Below are positions 1 through 13,700 of a stretch of 53,173 bases of DNA, one piece after another. The stretch comes from Ginglymostoma cirratum (Eukaryota). Each line of letters opens with the position of its first letter. Within the stretch, counting starts at the first letter, position 1. The stretch covers positions 677,992-731,164 of the forward strand of contig JAHRHZ010000155.1 in the NCBI GenBank assembly GCA_024137785.1, written 5' to 3'. The notes under the pieces were generated by a model. That model was not told where the DNA came from. It searched no databases and saw only the letters and a program-made list of their open reading frames with translations. Both the position numbers and the translations under genes were made by a program.

Positions 1-82
1 GAAGGGTCCAGGCCCGAAACGTCAAGTTTTCCTGCTCCTATGATGCTGCTTGACCTGCTGTGTTCATCCAGCCCCATGCTTG
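1..82 (+). mobile_element. Penelope-like element terminal repeat fragment
   Basis: gaagggtccaggcccgaaacgtc...gatgctgcttgacctgctgtgttcatccagc; related copies at 2000-2050, 46050-46130 and 53077-53165. Confidence 0.65.
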
Positions 83-94
83 AAAGAATGACAA

Positions 95-900
95 TATATT
101 TTTCAAGTCAGAATGGTGAATGGCTTCGAAGGAGAGCTTGCAGGGGGTGTTGTTTCCATGTATCTGTTGCCCTTGCCCTTCTAGTTTGAAGTGGTTGTGC
201 ATTTGGAAGGTGCTGTTCTCAGGAGACTTGGTGATTTTCTGCAGTACACTTAGAGACGGTTCACACTGCTGCTACTGAACATCAGACGTAGAGGGAATGG
301 ATATTTGTGCACAGAGCGCCAATCAAGCAGGCTGCTTTGTCCTGGATGGTATCGAGTTTCTTGAACATTGTTGGAGCTGCGCCCATCCAGGCAAGTGGGG
401 AGTATTCCAACACAGTCCTGACTTGTGTCCTGTCATTGATGGACAGACTTTGGTGAGTTAGGAAGTGAGTTATTCAGTGCAAGTTCCCTCGCCTCCGAGC
501 TGCTCTTCCAGTCATTAAATTTTAATGGTGAATCTAGTTCAATTTCTGATAGTAAGAGATTCAGTGATGGTAACACCATTTAATGACAAGGGATGATGGT
601 TAGATTTTCTCCTTTTGGAGATGGTTATGTGACGTAAATGTTACTTGTCACTTGGCAGTGCAAATCTGGGTATTGTCCAGGTCTTGCTGCATTTGAATAT
701 AGACTGCTTCCATGTCTGAGGAGTCATGAATTGTGCTGAACATTGTGCGTGTCTCTCCTTCTGACATTATCATAAAAGAAAGGTCATTGTTGAAACAGTT
801 GAAGGTATTTGCTCAAAGGACAATACTGTGAAGAACTCCTGCACAGATGTCACAGAGATGAATGACCTCCAACAACCACAACACCTTATTCCTGCTGAAG
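95..900 (-). mobile_element. Decayed LINE-derived repeat (CR1/L2-like)
   Basis: The same family recurs at 5940-6240, 9260-9450 and 43750-44830. No intact ORF. Confidence 0.5.
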
Positions 901-1499
901 TCCATCATTACTGTATCCATTCTATGTTTTATTTCATCATTTTTAATATTATCTAAAATCCTGAAGTATGCAATTTCTTCTTGGGTACTTGGCAACTTTA
1001 ATGTCATTCCTTTTTGTTGTTAATCTCAGCTTTTCAACTACCTGGGAGTTAGTTCATGTCGACAAGATCACTATTTGGATGTTCCCAGACCTGATCTTAC
1101 CAAAAGAAGTGTTTCTACAGTATCTGTATCCATCATGTTGTTAACTTACTGGAAATGAGGATCAAACAGTAAAGACATGTCTTTTCCATCAACTATTCAT
1201 TCCGTTGAATTCTTGAATTGCTTCTTTCCCAGTTTGAAATACTTATATAACGTGCGTGTGATTGTAGACGTAGAAATGAGCTGTGGGGACTCTTGTGACT
1301 CAGTAGTAGTGCCCCAACCTCTGCGCCAAAAGGTCTGAGTTCAGGTTCCATCTGCTCCAGAGGCATGTCATACCATCTCTGAACAGGTTGATTATAAATA
1401 TCTGCAACTACATTAGGGGATCTTGATCAAAACTAATATGATTTCATGAGGTACTTATACACACTAATTTTAGAATAGGCGGCAGTCAGCTGTGATTGG

Positions 1500-2060
1500 A
1501 GCCTTTATTTCCAACAGTGAGACCAAGCGGAGGCTTGGAGACCGTTTTGTAGAGCACCTGCTCTCTGTTTGCGACAAACGACAACACCTTCCAGTCGCTA
1601 ACCATTTCAACTCCCCCTCCAACTCCCTGGGCGACATGTCCATCCTGGGCCTCCTCCAGTGTCACAATGACGCAATCCAGAAACTGGAGGAGCAGCACCT
1701 CATATTCCACCTTGGGAGCCGACAACCCAATGGTCTCAATGTGAACTTTACCAGTTTCAAAAACTCCGTACCTGTGGCTTCATCCCATAACCAACCCTCT
1801 CATCCCTGCCTCCTTGACCTGACACAACCTGACAACTTGTCCATCTTCCACCTATCCACTCCTCCCACCTCACTGACTAATCCCCCCACTGCCTACTTGC
1901 ACTCACCTATCAGCATGCCACCTACTTCCCCCAGCCCCACCCCCTCCTTGCTCTATTTATTTCAGAGCTCCCTTCCCCTTCCCCCATTTCTAAAGAAGGA
2001 TCCCAACCCAAAATGTCAACTTTCCTGCTTCTCTGATGCTGCCTGGCCGGCTGTGATTCT
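1500..2060 (+). mobile_element. Penelope-like retroelement remnant (GIY-YIG endonuclease C-terminus plus 3' end)
   Basis: ETKRRLGDRFVEHL...PVANHFNSP...LEEQHLIFHLGSRQPNGLN is typical of the PLE GIY-YIG C-terminus. Confidence 0.8.
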
Positions 2061-2689
2061 CTAAGGTTTAAATCAAAGCATTTTGGCAGGTTTGCACCAA
2101 TTTGGAGGCAGTAGAAAAGATAAATCAACTGCTTGAGACTGATAGTAAAAACTGTGACATACCTTCCACAGATTACTGACCTTCACACCACCAGCACAAC
2201 TTACTGAGAGAAAACATACCTTGGCAAAAAAAGTGATAGAACTATGTGAAAATAGCTTTGAAACTTAAATAGCTGTGCACAGTTTTGCTGACGTTATGTA
2301 AAGGATATAGAGATGGTGAGAAGACACATTAAAGTAGTTAAAAGCACAATACCAGCTCTGTGAGGTTTTATGTTTCGCTTCATAAGGTATCGATGTGAGC
2401 TGAGTAAATGAAGGTTTGCAAAATTTTGACATGTTTTAATAAAGAAATTTGCAATGTTCACTTCCAAAAAGGTGCATAGAGAGAGAACATCAATGTTAGA
2501 GGTTCAGAGCAAAACAGCTCCCCCTTTTCTCTCAAACTTGCTTCACGTTTTCACTTGGACATTCAAGAAGTTGAAGATCTTGGGAGGTGTACAGTGGGAA
2601 CACATTGATAGAAAATGTTACTTTGCACTTTATAAGTAAACTCAGCAAAAATATAACAAGGACATAATAAGAAATATCACAAGAAAGTG

Positions 2690-3600
2690 AGAACAAGAGA
2701 CAAAAATAGAAATTGCTTGAAAAGCTCAGCAGGTCTGGCAGCATCTGTGGAGAGAAATCACACTTAATGTTTCTGGCCAGTGACTCTTCTTCAGAACTGA
2801 TGGTACCTATGAAAATGTCAATTTATATGCAGAAGATAGAGTGGGGGGGAGCAGGTAAGGAGTAAATGATAAGTGGGGACAGAGCCCAAAGAGAGAGAAG
2901 AGCAGCTAGACAGACAAAGGAGTGGGTAATGATCTGGCTAGGAGGGTGAATAGCTGTTAATAGAGACTGTTAGTGGCTAACAATGGGTAGTATGTAATGG
3001 CAGACTATGTGATAAAAAGGCCTGGTTGTTGGGATTAGGGTAAGGACATGGGAGAGCTCAAGCCCTAAAGTTATGAAACTCGATATTGAGTCCAGAAGGC
3101 TGCAGGATCCCCAGGTGGAAAATGACGTGCTGTTCTTCCAGCTTGTGCTGAGCTTTGCTGGAAAACTGAGCAAGCCTGAGACAGAGATGTTGGCCAGGGA
3201 ACAAGGTGTTGTGTTGAAGAGGCAGGCAACTGGAAGTTCAGGGTCTTTTTTATGAACAGGATACAATTGTTCTGCAAAGCAGTCACCCAGTCTACGCTTT
3301 GTTTCCCCAATGTAGAGGAGACATTGTGAGCAGCAAATGCAGTAGACTAGATCATGTGAAGCATAGGTAAAGCGCTGCTAGGATACTGGGGAGGAAACAA
3401 ATGGGTAGGTGTTAAAATTTTGGCAGTTGCAGAGGAAGGTGCCATGAGGCTGTCGGGAGATGCTAGGAGTGAAAGAAGAGTGAATCAGGGAACAGTCCTT
3501 GCAGAAGGCTGTCAAGGGAGGGGACAAGAATATGTCTGGTGGTGATATCTCGCTGGAGAAATAGAGGTGGAACAAAAATGATTGAAACCAAGCAGAGGTC
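2690..3600 (-). mobile_element. Penelope-like retroelement remnant
   Basis: Minus-strand HKKDPELPVACLFNT...ISVSGLL with the family 3' terminal motif. Copies also at 21160-21770 and 26095-26680. Confidence 0.7.
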
Positions 3601-6499
3601 CTGTAAAGATATAGAATTTGCCATGGGGGAATATTGTAACAATGAAATCTGCAGCAGTGAGAAAACTGCTTTGTTCAAACAGGAAAGTTCTCTGTTCATA
3701 TACTTTCACTTTCCTCATCCATGTCATTAATATATGTTATCAAAAATTATGACTTCAGCATCGACCCTCATCAAACACTCGGTTGCCAGCCTGAAAATTA
3801 ACCATTATTCTAATCTTTTATCTTCAATTAGTTAGCCAAACCTCTATCCATCTTCATGTATAAGCTCTCAGACTCATCTTTTTAAGGAGCCTAATATGTG
3901 ATATTTTGCTACATGCCTTCAGTAAATCTATATTCCATCCACTGTTTCACCTTTATCTATTCTGCTTAATAGCTCCTGAAACATGGGAGCACTTATCACG
4001 GGGAATATTGTTCCTGCCAAATCTGCAGGAGTGAGAAAATTCCTCTCATCACAAAATCAGAGTTTTCATTTTATATTAAAGGCGTTTACAGGCCAATTCC
4101 ATTTGCACTTCAATAGGCATTAAAGTTTGAAGCACATGCCACACAGATCTCCTTGAGTTTATCAGAATGACAGCACTGAGTTTAATCAAGCTTAAAAAAT
4201 AAAGTATTAAAATAAACAGATTTCTAAATTCTGTAATGTACGCACGCACGCACACACTAATATATAAGCAATGTGATGGGGCACAGGGGAAATAGAACAA
4301 TGGGAAATTTGAGGAGAATGGAGGGAAAGTGGGTACTGTTTGTCCAGATATTGTGAATAATATCAACCCCACACAGACTGCACTGGTTAAAGAAGCTCGT
4401 TCACTACAGCCATCTCATGAATAATTCTGAATGGAGAAGACATGTTGTTCCTTTCATTGATGATCACATATTAATAATGAAAAAAAAGTGATGAATTAGC
4501 TATTGAGATGTTAAAGTGATTGTACAAGGAGGTCGCATTACCAGGAATCAACTGTTGAAATATTAAAGCAATAAATTTGAAACTGTTTAAGCATGCTGAG
4601 CTTAATATTTATTTTTAGCACTCACTCATTCAGTGAGCTGTGGTGGAGTCAGCACTCTGTAGGAACAGAATGCTCAGGGCAGACTCAGTCCCAAGTGATT
4701 GTTACTTAAGGCTGTTCCAAAATAATAGTTGCATGTAGTTTTGCCCAGAAATAGGAGCGGGTCTAATTGCAAGTTTTTCTCTGGTCTGTTCAGGTCAGGT
4801 CTTGGAAAGGAGTTTAGAGATGGAAGGCAGTGAGGCTTTAAGTTATTGAGTGCATCACCATGTGTTCTATTTAGTTGGACATCCGAGAACTATTGAGTGC
4901 TTCTGTATGGAACACTGTAAGAAGGCCCAAAGACTGAGTATCAGACAGTTGTTAGGACATAGGCAAGTTGTTTGAGGAGTTGGCAAGCAGATCAATGATG
5001 GTGACGGTGTCCCTGAGAACCTGTCAAGCTCTACGAGGTCAAAGGGAGTGTGTGCTACTCATTGTTTAGTGCAAGAGAGGGTGGATGAGAAAGCACAAGG
5101 ATAAATTTCTTGATGTAACTGAGCAAAAAAAGAGGTCAGGGAAAATCATCGGTAGGGAGGAATTTGATGCAGCTACCTCTCAAGTGGAAGAAGAAACAAG
5201 GCTGTTTTGTACCCGTGAAAGAGCACAGCAGTATCATTTACAGATTAATTGAAGGAAGACCCAGAAAATTAGGGTAGTCGATTCAAATGGGAATATTCAT
5301 TGAGGTACAGCACAATGCAATGTCTCTGTAGAACAGTTCAAGGTAAGGTTGGGAAAAGCGAAGAATTAAAAACTCTTTTAAGATAAATGAGATGTATTAA
5401 TCTAACGTCAATAGAGTCTGTGAGCATAAATTCAGAAACGTGTGTGTCATGATCACATTTATGACTTGATTATCATATATTTTTAATGTACAGTTGGAAT
5501 TCATGTTGTACATGTATTGTTCATTACACTATTTCTCAAATTTTGCGAAGTAAACTTTATTCTTACTTATCTAAAACGGTGGTTTATTGTATTTTATTCA
5601 TGTCTTCAGACTGCTGGATATCACACTTTGTCTCCTGTAAAACAAAAGTTGTGGCCCCTCACTGGATTGTAGCATTCAGTTGGCATGTATCCATGAACAT
5701 GCTGAAGATTTTTGGAAAAGCAGATAAATCTATTTTATACTCATAACACAACTGTCATGACTTAATTATGACCCTCCAACAATGTGGCGCTAAGTCAGTA
5801 CCAACCATCCTACATGGTACTCCCTCAGTACTGAACCTCCGACAGTGCGACATTCCCTTAGTACTGACCCACCAAAATTACAATGTTTCCACTGTTTTGG
5901 CGCACACCCCAGTCTTGCACCAAGGCTCCTTAGACAGCATCACCCAAACCCATGACCATTTCCATCTGGAAGGACCAGGGCAACAGATACATGGGAACAT
6001 CATCCCCTGCATGTTTCCCACCGAGTCACTCGGGAAAATGGCAGTAAAGTGGATCTGAGGAATGTGTGATCAGCCATGTTCTTTTTGAATAGCAGAGCAG
6101 GCTCAAGGGGCCAAATGGCCAATTTCTTATGGCCATAGGGTCACTCTCTATTTTGACTTGGAAATAAATCGCTGTTCCTTCAATGTCACTGTCAAAATCA
6201 TTGAACTCCCTCTCCAACAGCATTGTGCAAGCACCTACCTACAGCACATGGACAGCACCTTTACTGGGGAAATTACAGACAGGCAGCATGCCCACAACTT
6301 GTAAATAAATATGCAAACAGCCTGTGCAGAATGTCAGCCTGGGTCATGGCATTCAGATTCTAGACTGGGGACTGCAGCAATTCAATTACCACCTTGGGAC
6401 CAGGTTAGATACACCATATGAACAGCTGCCCAGCTCTAAGTTTGGTTCAAATGATCAACAATTTGCTTATACTGCAAACTGTTATGGAATTTATCACAG

Positions 6500-6647
6500 G
6501 CTTCCTACTTCCTCATTTTGACTTGGTGTGTCAGCCTTTTCTAATTAAAAAAACAGATGGAACAGCAGAGGAAAATGCCATTCAACCCGAGCAGAGCATC
6601 TTAGCACTTACTCCCCAGACGAACTGACAGGCAGGTCCTCGGTAAGT
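6500..6647 (+). promoter_or_regulatory. Putative promoter / non-coding first exon with PU.1-like ETS site
   Basis: TACTTCCTCATT at 6506-6517 (reverse AATGAGGAAGTA, close to the PU.1 consensus) followed by a consensus donor G|gtaagt at 6641/6642 in non-repetitive sequence upstream of the acceptor at 7704. Confidence 0.35.
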
Positions 6648-6719
6648 AACATTATGGTTGGAATTCACTTCAACAACCAACATCATCCTTTGTTCATGCT
6701 GTCAGTTTTTAAAGGTACC

Positions 6720-7225
6720 GTTTCATTGGAAGCAGCTCAGAACAGATTCACCAGGATGATTCCCGGTATGGAGGGATTATCTTATGTGCAAAGATTAAAC
6801 AGGTGGAAACTGTACTCACTGCAGTTTAGAAGAATGAGAGGTGATCTGATTGAAACATATATATGTCTCAAGGGGCTTGACAGGGTGAATTCTGAGCAGA
6901 TGTTTCACCTCATGTGAGAGCCTAGGACCAGAGGGCACAGTTTCAGAATAAAGGGGCACGAATTTAAACTCAGATAAGAAGGAATTTCTTTTCTCAGGGG
7001 GTTGTGAGTCTTTGAAACCCCTTGCCAGGGAGATCTGTGGGGGCAGAGTCCTTCTGTATATTCAAGGCTGAAATAGATTCTTAATCATTAGAGGAATCTG
7101 GGGTTACAGTCAAAACACAGGGAAGTGGACATGAGAAATGTTGGATCAACCATGATCCAATTCAATGATGGAGCAGGTTCGAGGGGGCAAATAGCCTGCC
7201 CCTGTTCCTATTTCTTGTGGTCTTA
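6720..7225 (+). mobile_element. CR1-type LINE 3' fragment
   Basis: QNRFTRMIPGMEGLSY...LYSLQFRRMRGDLIETY, the CR1 ORF2 C-terminal motif. Confidence 0.85.
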
Positions 7226-7282
7226 ATTTTAAAACCAGATTCCAATGATTGATGTCTTTGAAACATTTTTACTTACAAGTGA

Positions 7283-7592
7283 GCAACATGGTGGATCAGT
7301 GGTGAGCAATGCTGTCTCAAAGCTCCAAGAACCCGGGTTCGATTCCATCCTCGGGCAACTGTCTGTGTGGAGTTTGCACATTCTCCCCGTGTCTGCATGT
7401 GTTTCCTCTGAGTGCTTTGATCTCCTCACACAATCCAAAGATGTGCAGGCTAGGTGGATTGGACATGTCAAATTGTCCACAGTGTTCAAGGATGTGTTGA
7501 TTAGGGGGATGGGTCTGGGTGGTATGCTCTGAGTGTCGGTATGGACTTGTTGGGCGAAAGGGCCTGTTTCCACACTGTAGGGATTCTATGAA
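7283..7592 (+). mobile_element. tRNA-derived SINE (HE1/V-SINE-like)
   Basis: A/B box-like head (ggtggatcagtgg...gggttcgattcc), core gtgtggagtttgcacattctccccgtgtctgc, LINE-derived tail. Confidence 0.8.
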
Positions 7593-7732
7593 ATAACATC
7601 TGGGCATACAGATCAAGTCTGTGAGGACACTATCTCAAAGCAGTTCCGATCTCTCAACAGCTGTCAGAAAAAGGTGAGGTCTGTTTTACTCCTTTCTCTT
7701 TCAGAAGCTGATGAAATATCTGGGAGTGGACA

Positions 7733-7772
7733 ATGATCAGAAAATCTTACTTCCTGCTACTACTCCTTCAAG
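7733..7772 (+). CDS. Siglec exon: signal peptide MIRKSYFLLLLLQ
   Basis: ATG at 7733, basic N-region plus poly-Leu core, phase-1 donor G|gtaatg. Splicing to 13026 gives MIRKSYFLLLLLQAGLAQEW. Polypyrimidine acceptor tttctctttcag ends at 7704. Confidence 0.85.
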
Positions 7773-10700
7773 GTAATGTCATCATCAGCTCGGACAGATT
7801 TATGGTTAATAGTTTTGAAAAAGATCATTTTTATTGTACTATGATTTGGAACTAATTCAGCAGTGAGCTGGTGTGCAAACTCACACCATGTCCAATTCAC
7901 CCAACAACCTTGTGCTCACTGACATACACTGGCTCCCAGTCTCACAACAGCATTGGAGGAGCTAAGAGATCTCAGAAGGTTCAAGGGTTGGTGGATGTTA
8001 TAGAAATACTAAGTGGGAGAGTGGAGGGTTTGGAAATAGTTGGAGACAATCATAAAATCGAGGTATTGACGGACAAGGTACTAATGTAGGTCAGCAGGTA
8101 TGGAATGCAGGGATATTTGAGAAATGTGAATAAAACCTGGAGGGTGATGTGGATCTCAATGTCAGCATTCTGCTAGCAGTGGCCTTACATTTGTGCTTTT
8201 GCTGATTTTAGTCTGAATGTCCCACAGCAGCTCCTAGGATAAACAAGAGATATCCTGATTGCCTCTGATCTGCTGCACTGTGTAAATTTCACAGACTCTG
8301 AGACCATAACAGCTCCAGAGGAAATCAATTAGCCTGAGAAGGCAGTGGAATCAGATTGCAAACGAAATTTGAAAAGCAGGAATTGAAGGAATATTGCAAC
8401 TGGAAACATTTTCATTGCTATGGGGAAAAGAGGAGGTTATGGGGACTAATTTGGGAGATCTTTCAAAGAGCTGACCCAGGCACAATGGATGGAGCAGTCT
8501 CCATCTGTGCTGTATAATTCTGCAATCCAGTGAATTAAGTTCCTTACCAGCAATGTTTCAGTTTCCTGATGAAATCATAGCTGTTCCAGATGGCCCGGAA
8601 ATAATTCGCATCTGGTATTACGCTACTGTGTGCACAGCTAAGTTCTGTTTGAACCACAAAGACTGTGAGACCATCTGTGAAAGCTGTGTGCCCAACATAG
8701 GGGAAACTCCATCACATGCAGAGCTCAGGCTAGAGGCACTTTGCTGAGTGTTTCATAGTGTCTGGGTCGATGTAGGGTCGATGCTGAGCTTGGGGACAAG
8801 TCAGTCTCCAATGCTGCATCAGAATCACCAATACAGCAATGTGAAGTTTGGAACAGAGATAATCCCTTAACCAATGGGATCCAAAGAGACCACTTAGTCA
8901 GTGAGGGTCAAAAGAAATCTCTCAGATGAGGGAATCCAAAGGAATCCCTTAAACAATAATGATGCGAAGAGATCGCCTAGACAATGAGAATTCAAATAGA
9001 TCCCTTAGACAATAGAGTTCCAAATACATTCCACAGACAATGAAGAATCAGATAAATCCCTTAGACAATAAGGATCCAAACAGATTCTTTGGATAATGAG
9101 GATCTAAACAGATTACTTGGACATTGAGGATCCAAAGTGATTCCTAACAGCCAATATTATCAAATTGAGGGTAATGACTTTCAACGGATCCTCAGTAGAT
9201 TTATTCTATCACTGAGAGAGAGAGACAGGGAGGGAGAAACACAGAATGAGTGTGAAACGGCTTGGAGCTGATTGGCTTGGAGGGGAACCTGCAAAGGGTG
9301 GTGGTCCCATGTATCTGTTGCCCTTGTTATTCTAGATGGAGGTAGTCGTGGGTCTGGAAGGTGCTGTCTGAGGATCTTTGGTGCATTTCTTCAGTACATA
9401 TTGCAGATAGGACAAACTGCTGCTACTGATTGTCAGTGGTAGATGGAGTGGGCCTGCAATTGAAGACTGAAATGAGGAAGAATTTTGAGTTTTTGGAAGT
9501 CTCCTCACTTGAGAGTGGTGGCAGATGGGTCATTCAATATATTCAATGCTGAAAGAGGAGGAGTTTTGATTAAAAGCAAGTCAATGCATTATAGGGGGCA
9601 TGCAGGAAAGCGGAGTTCAGTTCACAATCAGATCAACTTGTTGCCTAATCAGGTTGGAGGGGCTGAATGGCCTCTTCCTGTTTGTATTTCTTCTGAAATA
9701 TAAGTGGACAGTTCTGGAGAAACTCAACGGGTCGACTTCTACCTGTGGAGAGAGAAACAGAGTTAACATTTCTTATCCAATATGACTATTCCTCAGAACG
9801 CCTGTTATTTGTGTTTTTGACTTATCAAACCTTCTCCCCTTTCTCAAACTTGTAAATCCCCTGATGAAGAACTGATGAACACTGAGAAACTGTGTTGGGT
9901 TTGCTCAACACTGTCAGATATTCTCTGGATTGGCATGTTTCTGTTCATGATCAGTCATCGTCTTGGAGAAAAGGAAACTCAACTGTTTAGGGGAAGTTTT
10001 GTTCTTTAAAATTAAAATTCAAACCTTCTTTGAGTCTTTTCGTCATCTCCATGGGGTGAAGTTTTTGCTTGTTCTTATTAGATTGAAGCTGGGATCTGAT
10101 TGTGTCTGTATTCTATCAATAGAGAATCCTTCACCACATTAGAAACAGTTGGTGGAAAGGCAGTCAGTATGGAGAAAGATAACGGCAATGAATTTGCAGA
10201 CAGGGCATAAAGTTGGCAAATGCAGTTCAACACAGACTAATGTGAAGTCCTACGTTTTGTGTTGCAAAGACAGGAACTTTGTTGAAACTTTTTATCTTGC
10301 ATTCATCAGGGCAGACTCAAGAATGGCAAATTTTAGGGGAAACAATCTACATGAGAAAAAGGTGCTGATTGGTTAGCAAGTAAATAATCAATCAGAGTTA
10401 ACTTGTCTTTTTTTTTCAAGTTAAAGAAAAGCTTGGAGGGATACCTGTTCCCTGTTGCATTCTCCATGGCAACTGTTGATGAGCATCCACATGGATTCAG
10501 CAACCTTTTCTCTTGCTACATAAGTTGTTCTTCACTTTGAAACTTGCTTTTATTGAGTCTGTTCTACTGAGTATAAGATGAAAAGTTTCAAAAGCATGTC
10601 TCTCTTTTCAGCAATGTTCAGGTTCAATCCTACCAAACAACTGTTAATACGTTTTGGCAGGAAAACTATTGCTCAGACTGTCAGGGTTTAACTTGGGCAT

Positions 10701-13700
10701 TGTGTGATTAAAGGTTCATACTATTTTTATGCTTTAATTTGTCATTTGGATTTTGGCAGATGGATGTGTGTCAGTTCTGCAAACATTTTTTTAGATTAAA
10801 CAAGTTGAATAAACAAAATGAATTGAAACAGTGACCTATGCACATGAATTCCAACATAGCACGTGATTGCTCTGAAGTGCCTGGGAGAAACCTACAGTGT
10901 TAATGGGTAACTTGTTCATACTGTTGAGTTTATGACAGGAAGGTTAAACACATTAAGGGCATTAGTTTAGCTTTGACTTAAGAACAGAATATTCAAGGGC
11001 TCAGTTCGTAACATTCAGGAGGTCACTTCAGAAGGTTGAAAAGTTCCTTGCTGCAGGAGAATCATTTTTTAGTATCATAGAATCACGGAAGAGTTACAGC
11101 ACAGAAGGAAGCCATTCAGCCCATCATGCCAGCATCAGCTCTTCAAATGCCTCATTGCCTAGTGCCAATCTCCAGCCCTTAACTTCTATTCCTGCATACT
11201 ATTTCTATCCAAATAATCATCTAATGTGACTGTTCAATGACTCAAATGCTCCTGCTGCATTTCCTGGCAGTGCATTCCACACCCTCATTACTTGCTGGGT
11301 AAAAATGTTTATTCTTACATCGCCCTAGCTTCGTCTGCACATCCATTTAAATCTATGCCCCTCTCGTTCTTGTTCGTTTTATGAGTGGGAACAGCTTCTT
11401 CCTATCTATTCTGTCTAGAAACCTCACAACAGGGTAGGTACAGAGAGGGTGTTTCCGTGATGGGAGAGTCTAAGACTAGAGTGCACAAACTCAGAATAAG
11501 GTGCCGCATATTTAAGACACAGATGAGAAGGAATTTCTTCTCTAATGATAGAGAATCTGTGGAATTCTTTACTGCAGATGACTGTTGAGGCTGGGTCATT
11601 AACTATATACAAGGATGAAGTGGATTTTTAATCAGTTCATGGAGAAAAGGCAGAAAGAGGAGTTGAGGATTATTAGTTCTGCCATGATCTCATTGAAGAC
11701 TCAATGGGCCAAATAGCCTATACCTTTACCTACATTGTGTAGTTTATGGACGTCCTGCTAAATTTCTATTGAATGTTGATAAAACCCTACGAAGGATGCT
11801 GTAGCTTTCATCTCCATCCCATAAAGAGGATATCGAGGGGTTGGAGATGTGCCAAAGAGATTGACAAAGATGATCCCAGACATTGGTGGGGTGGAGGGGA
11901 GTGGTTTACACATCAGGAAATTATTTCCAATCAAGCAAAATTTCTTCTCTATTGGAAGAAAAAAGCCTGAGGGATGACCCCATGGATGTTGACAAAGTTT
12001 TGAAAGTTTGAGTGGATTGAGGGAGAATATTTCATTTTGTGTGAGAGAGCATATGTTTGGCCAACAACAGAAGACAGGCACCAAGAAATCCAATGAGGAA
12101 TTTGGGAGAAACAGAGAGTCAGGAGGAATGTGGGACTCACTTCCACAGGGAGTGGGGGAGGCGATGTGGAACTCACTCCCATAGGGAGGGGTAGAATTTG
12201 GGACCAGCTCCCGCACAGAGTTGGGAGGAGAATGTGAGATTCACTCCCACAGACAGTAGTGAAGGGGAATCATGTCGATGTATTAATTGGGAGCACTAGA
12301 TAAACATATTAGGGAGAAGGGAGTAGAAGGTTATGATGATAGATTTTGATGAAGAGAGATGGGAGGCTCAGGTGCAACATTAACAGCAGCATGGATGTGT
12401 TGACCCAAATCGCCTGTTTCTCTGTCACAATTATCCATTATTCTTGGTCTCGCTGGTCTGTCTCATCATTGTCTACATCAAAGACATTGACCTCAAACAG
12501 TCCTCTAAGTGATTGCCTGCTTCCTGATTCCCACAATTAAAACTGCCATCCGCACAGCACCATTATGTTAGGGATATTAAACTGTATTATAAATGAGATT
12601 GGGAGTCTGTAATTACTAATCTATCTGAAAAGGAATTCTTCAAACAAAAAGGTTTAAGAATCACTGCCTTAGACTATGAGGATCCAGGAAAGTGAGCATC
12701 TAATCAGTGATTCATGCTGGTGATAAGGGTGCGACTTCTGAGGACTTCTCGTCCATTGTGCTGCCCTGTAAATCAGCTCAGAATGCATGTCCATTGGTGT
12801 GTCTTGTAGAAACTGTGTTGAGTGGAAGACTAGCTTCACTAAGCAGGACCGTGAGAACTGTGAGACAATGTAGGATGTACCTGTCCATCTGCTATGTAAC
12901 CTTGGGGAGTTCCTTGTAGATGGTCCACACTGTAGCCACCGTGTATGAGTGACAGAGGGAGTGAATATCGAGTCTAGTGGATCTACAGGCCATTCAGTGC
13001 TAAATACTGATATTTCTCTTCACAGCTGGACTCGCACAAGAGTGGCAAGTCCACACTCCACCTGAGGTGACGGTACAGGAAGGTCCCTGTGCACATATTC
13101 CGTGCCGCTACACTTACCCTTCCCATCTAGCAAACCAACCACGAACCGGAATCTGGTTTAATAACAAGGATTGGAAAACATCATCAACAGCCTTTCACTC
13201 CAAGGATCATAGTCGCGAGTTGGGACGGTTCTACCTTCGGACCCAACTGTCTGGAAACCTGAAAAATGGAGACTGTTCTTTGATTATAAATAGCATCACA
13301 CAGGAAGACGCAGGACCTTATTATTTCAGAGTAGAATTTGACATCAGGAACAGTTACAGCTACTATCCTGTAACCCAGCTTCACGTTTCTGGTAAGTGCT
13401 GAGTTATAATTACTTAACAATCCTATTGTACATTCAATGGGAGAGGACACAGGTCTGAGCTCTTAGTTTTATAGGTGTGTTAACCAGGTGTTGTAGCTTT
13501 CAGGGTTTCATTTATTTGTTCTCCCAGATCCACAAACTTATTACAGGTGACAGCATCCACATCAGAGCCTGAACAGAAACTGAGCTGCAGACAATGACAT
13601 CATCCACCTTAGTGAATCCTCCCCTCCTGTCTTCATCCAGCAACATTATCCCCACAGACTGGTGTGGTGACCGTGTGGCATTATAACTAGGTCACACCTC

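Noticed and set aside
1492-2064. 190-aa host protein gene
   Set aside because: It is a Penelope endonuclease remnant running into a pyrimidine-rich 3' region.
7283-7360. tRNA gene
   Set aside because: It is the degenerate tRNA-derived head of a SINE, continuous with the SINE core and tail.
8860-9145. CRISPR-like periodic array
   Set aside because: Units are contiguous and degenerate with no unique spacers and no cas genes; the context is a vertebrate intron.
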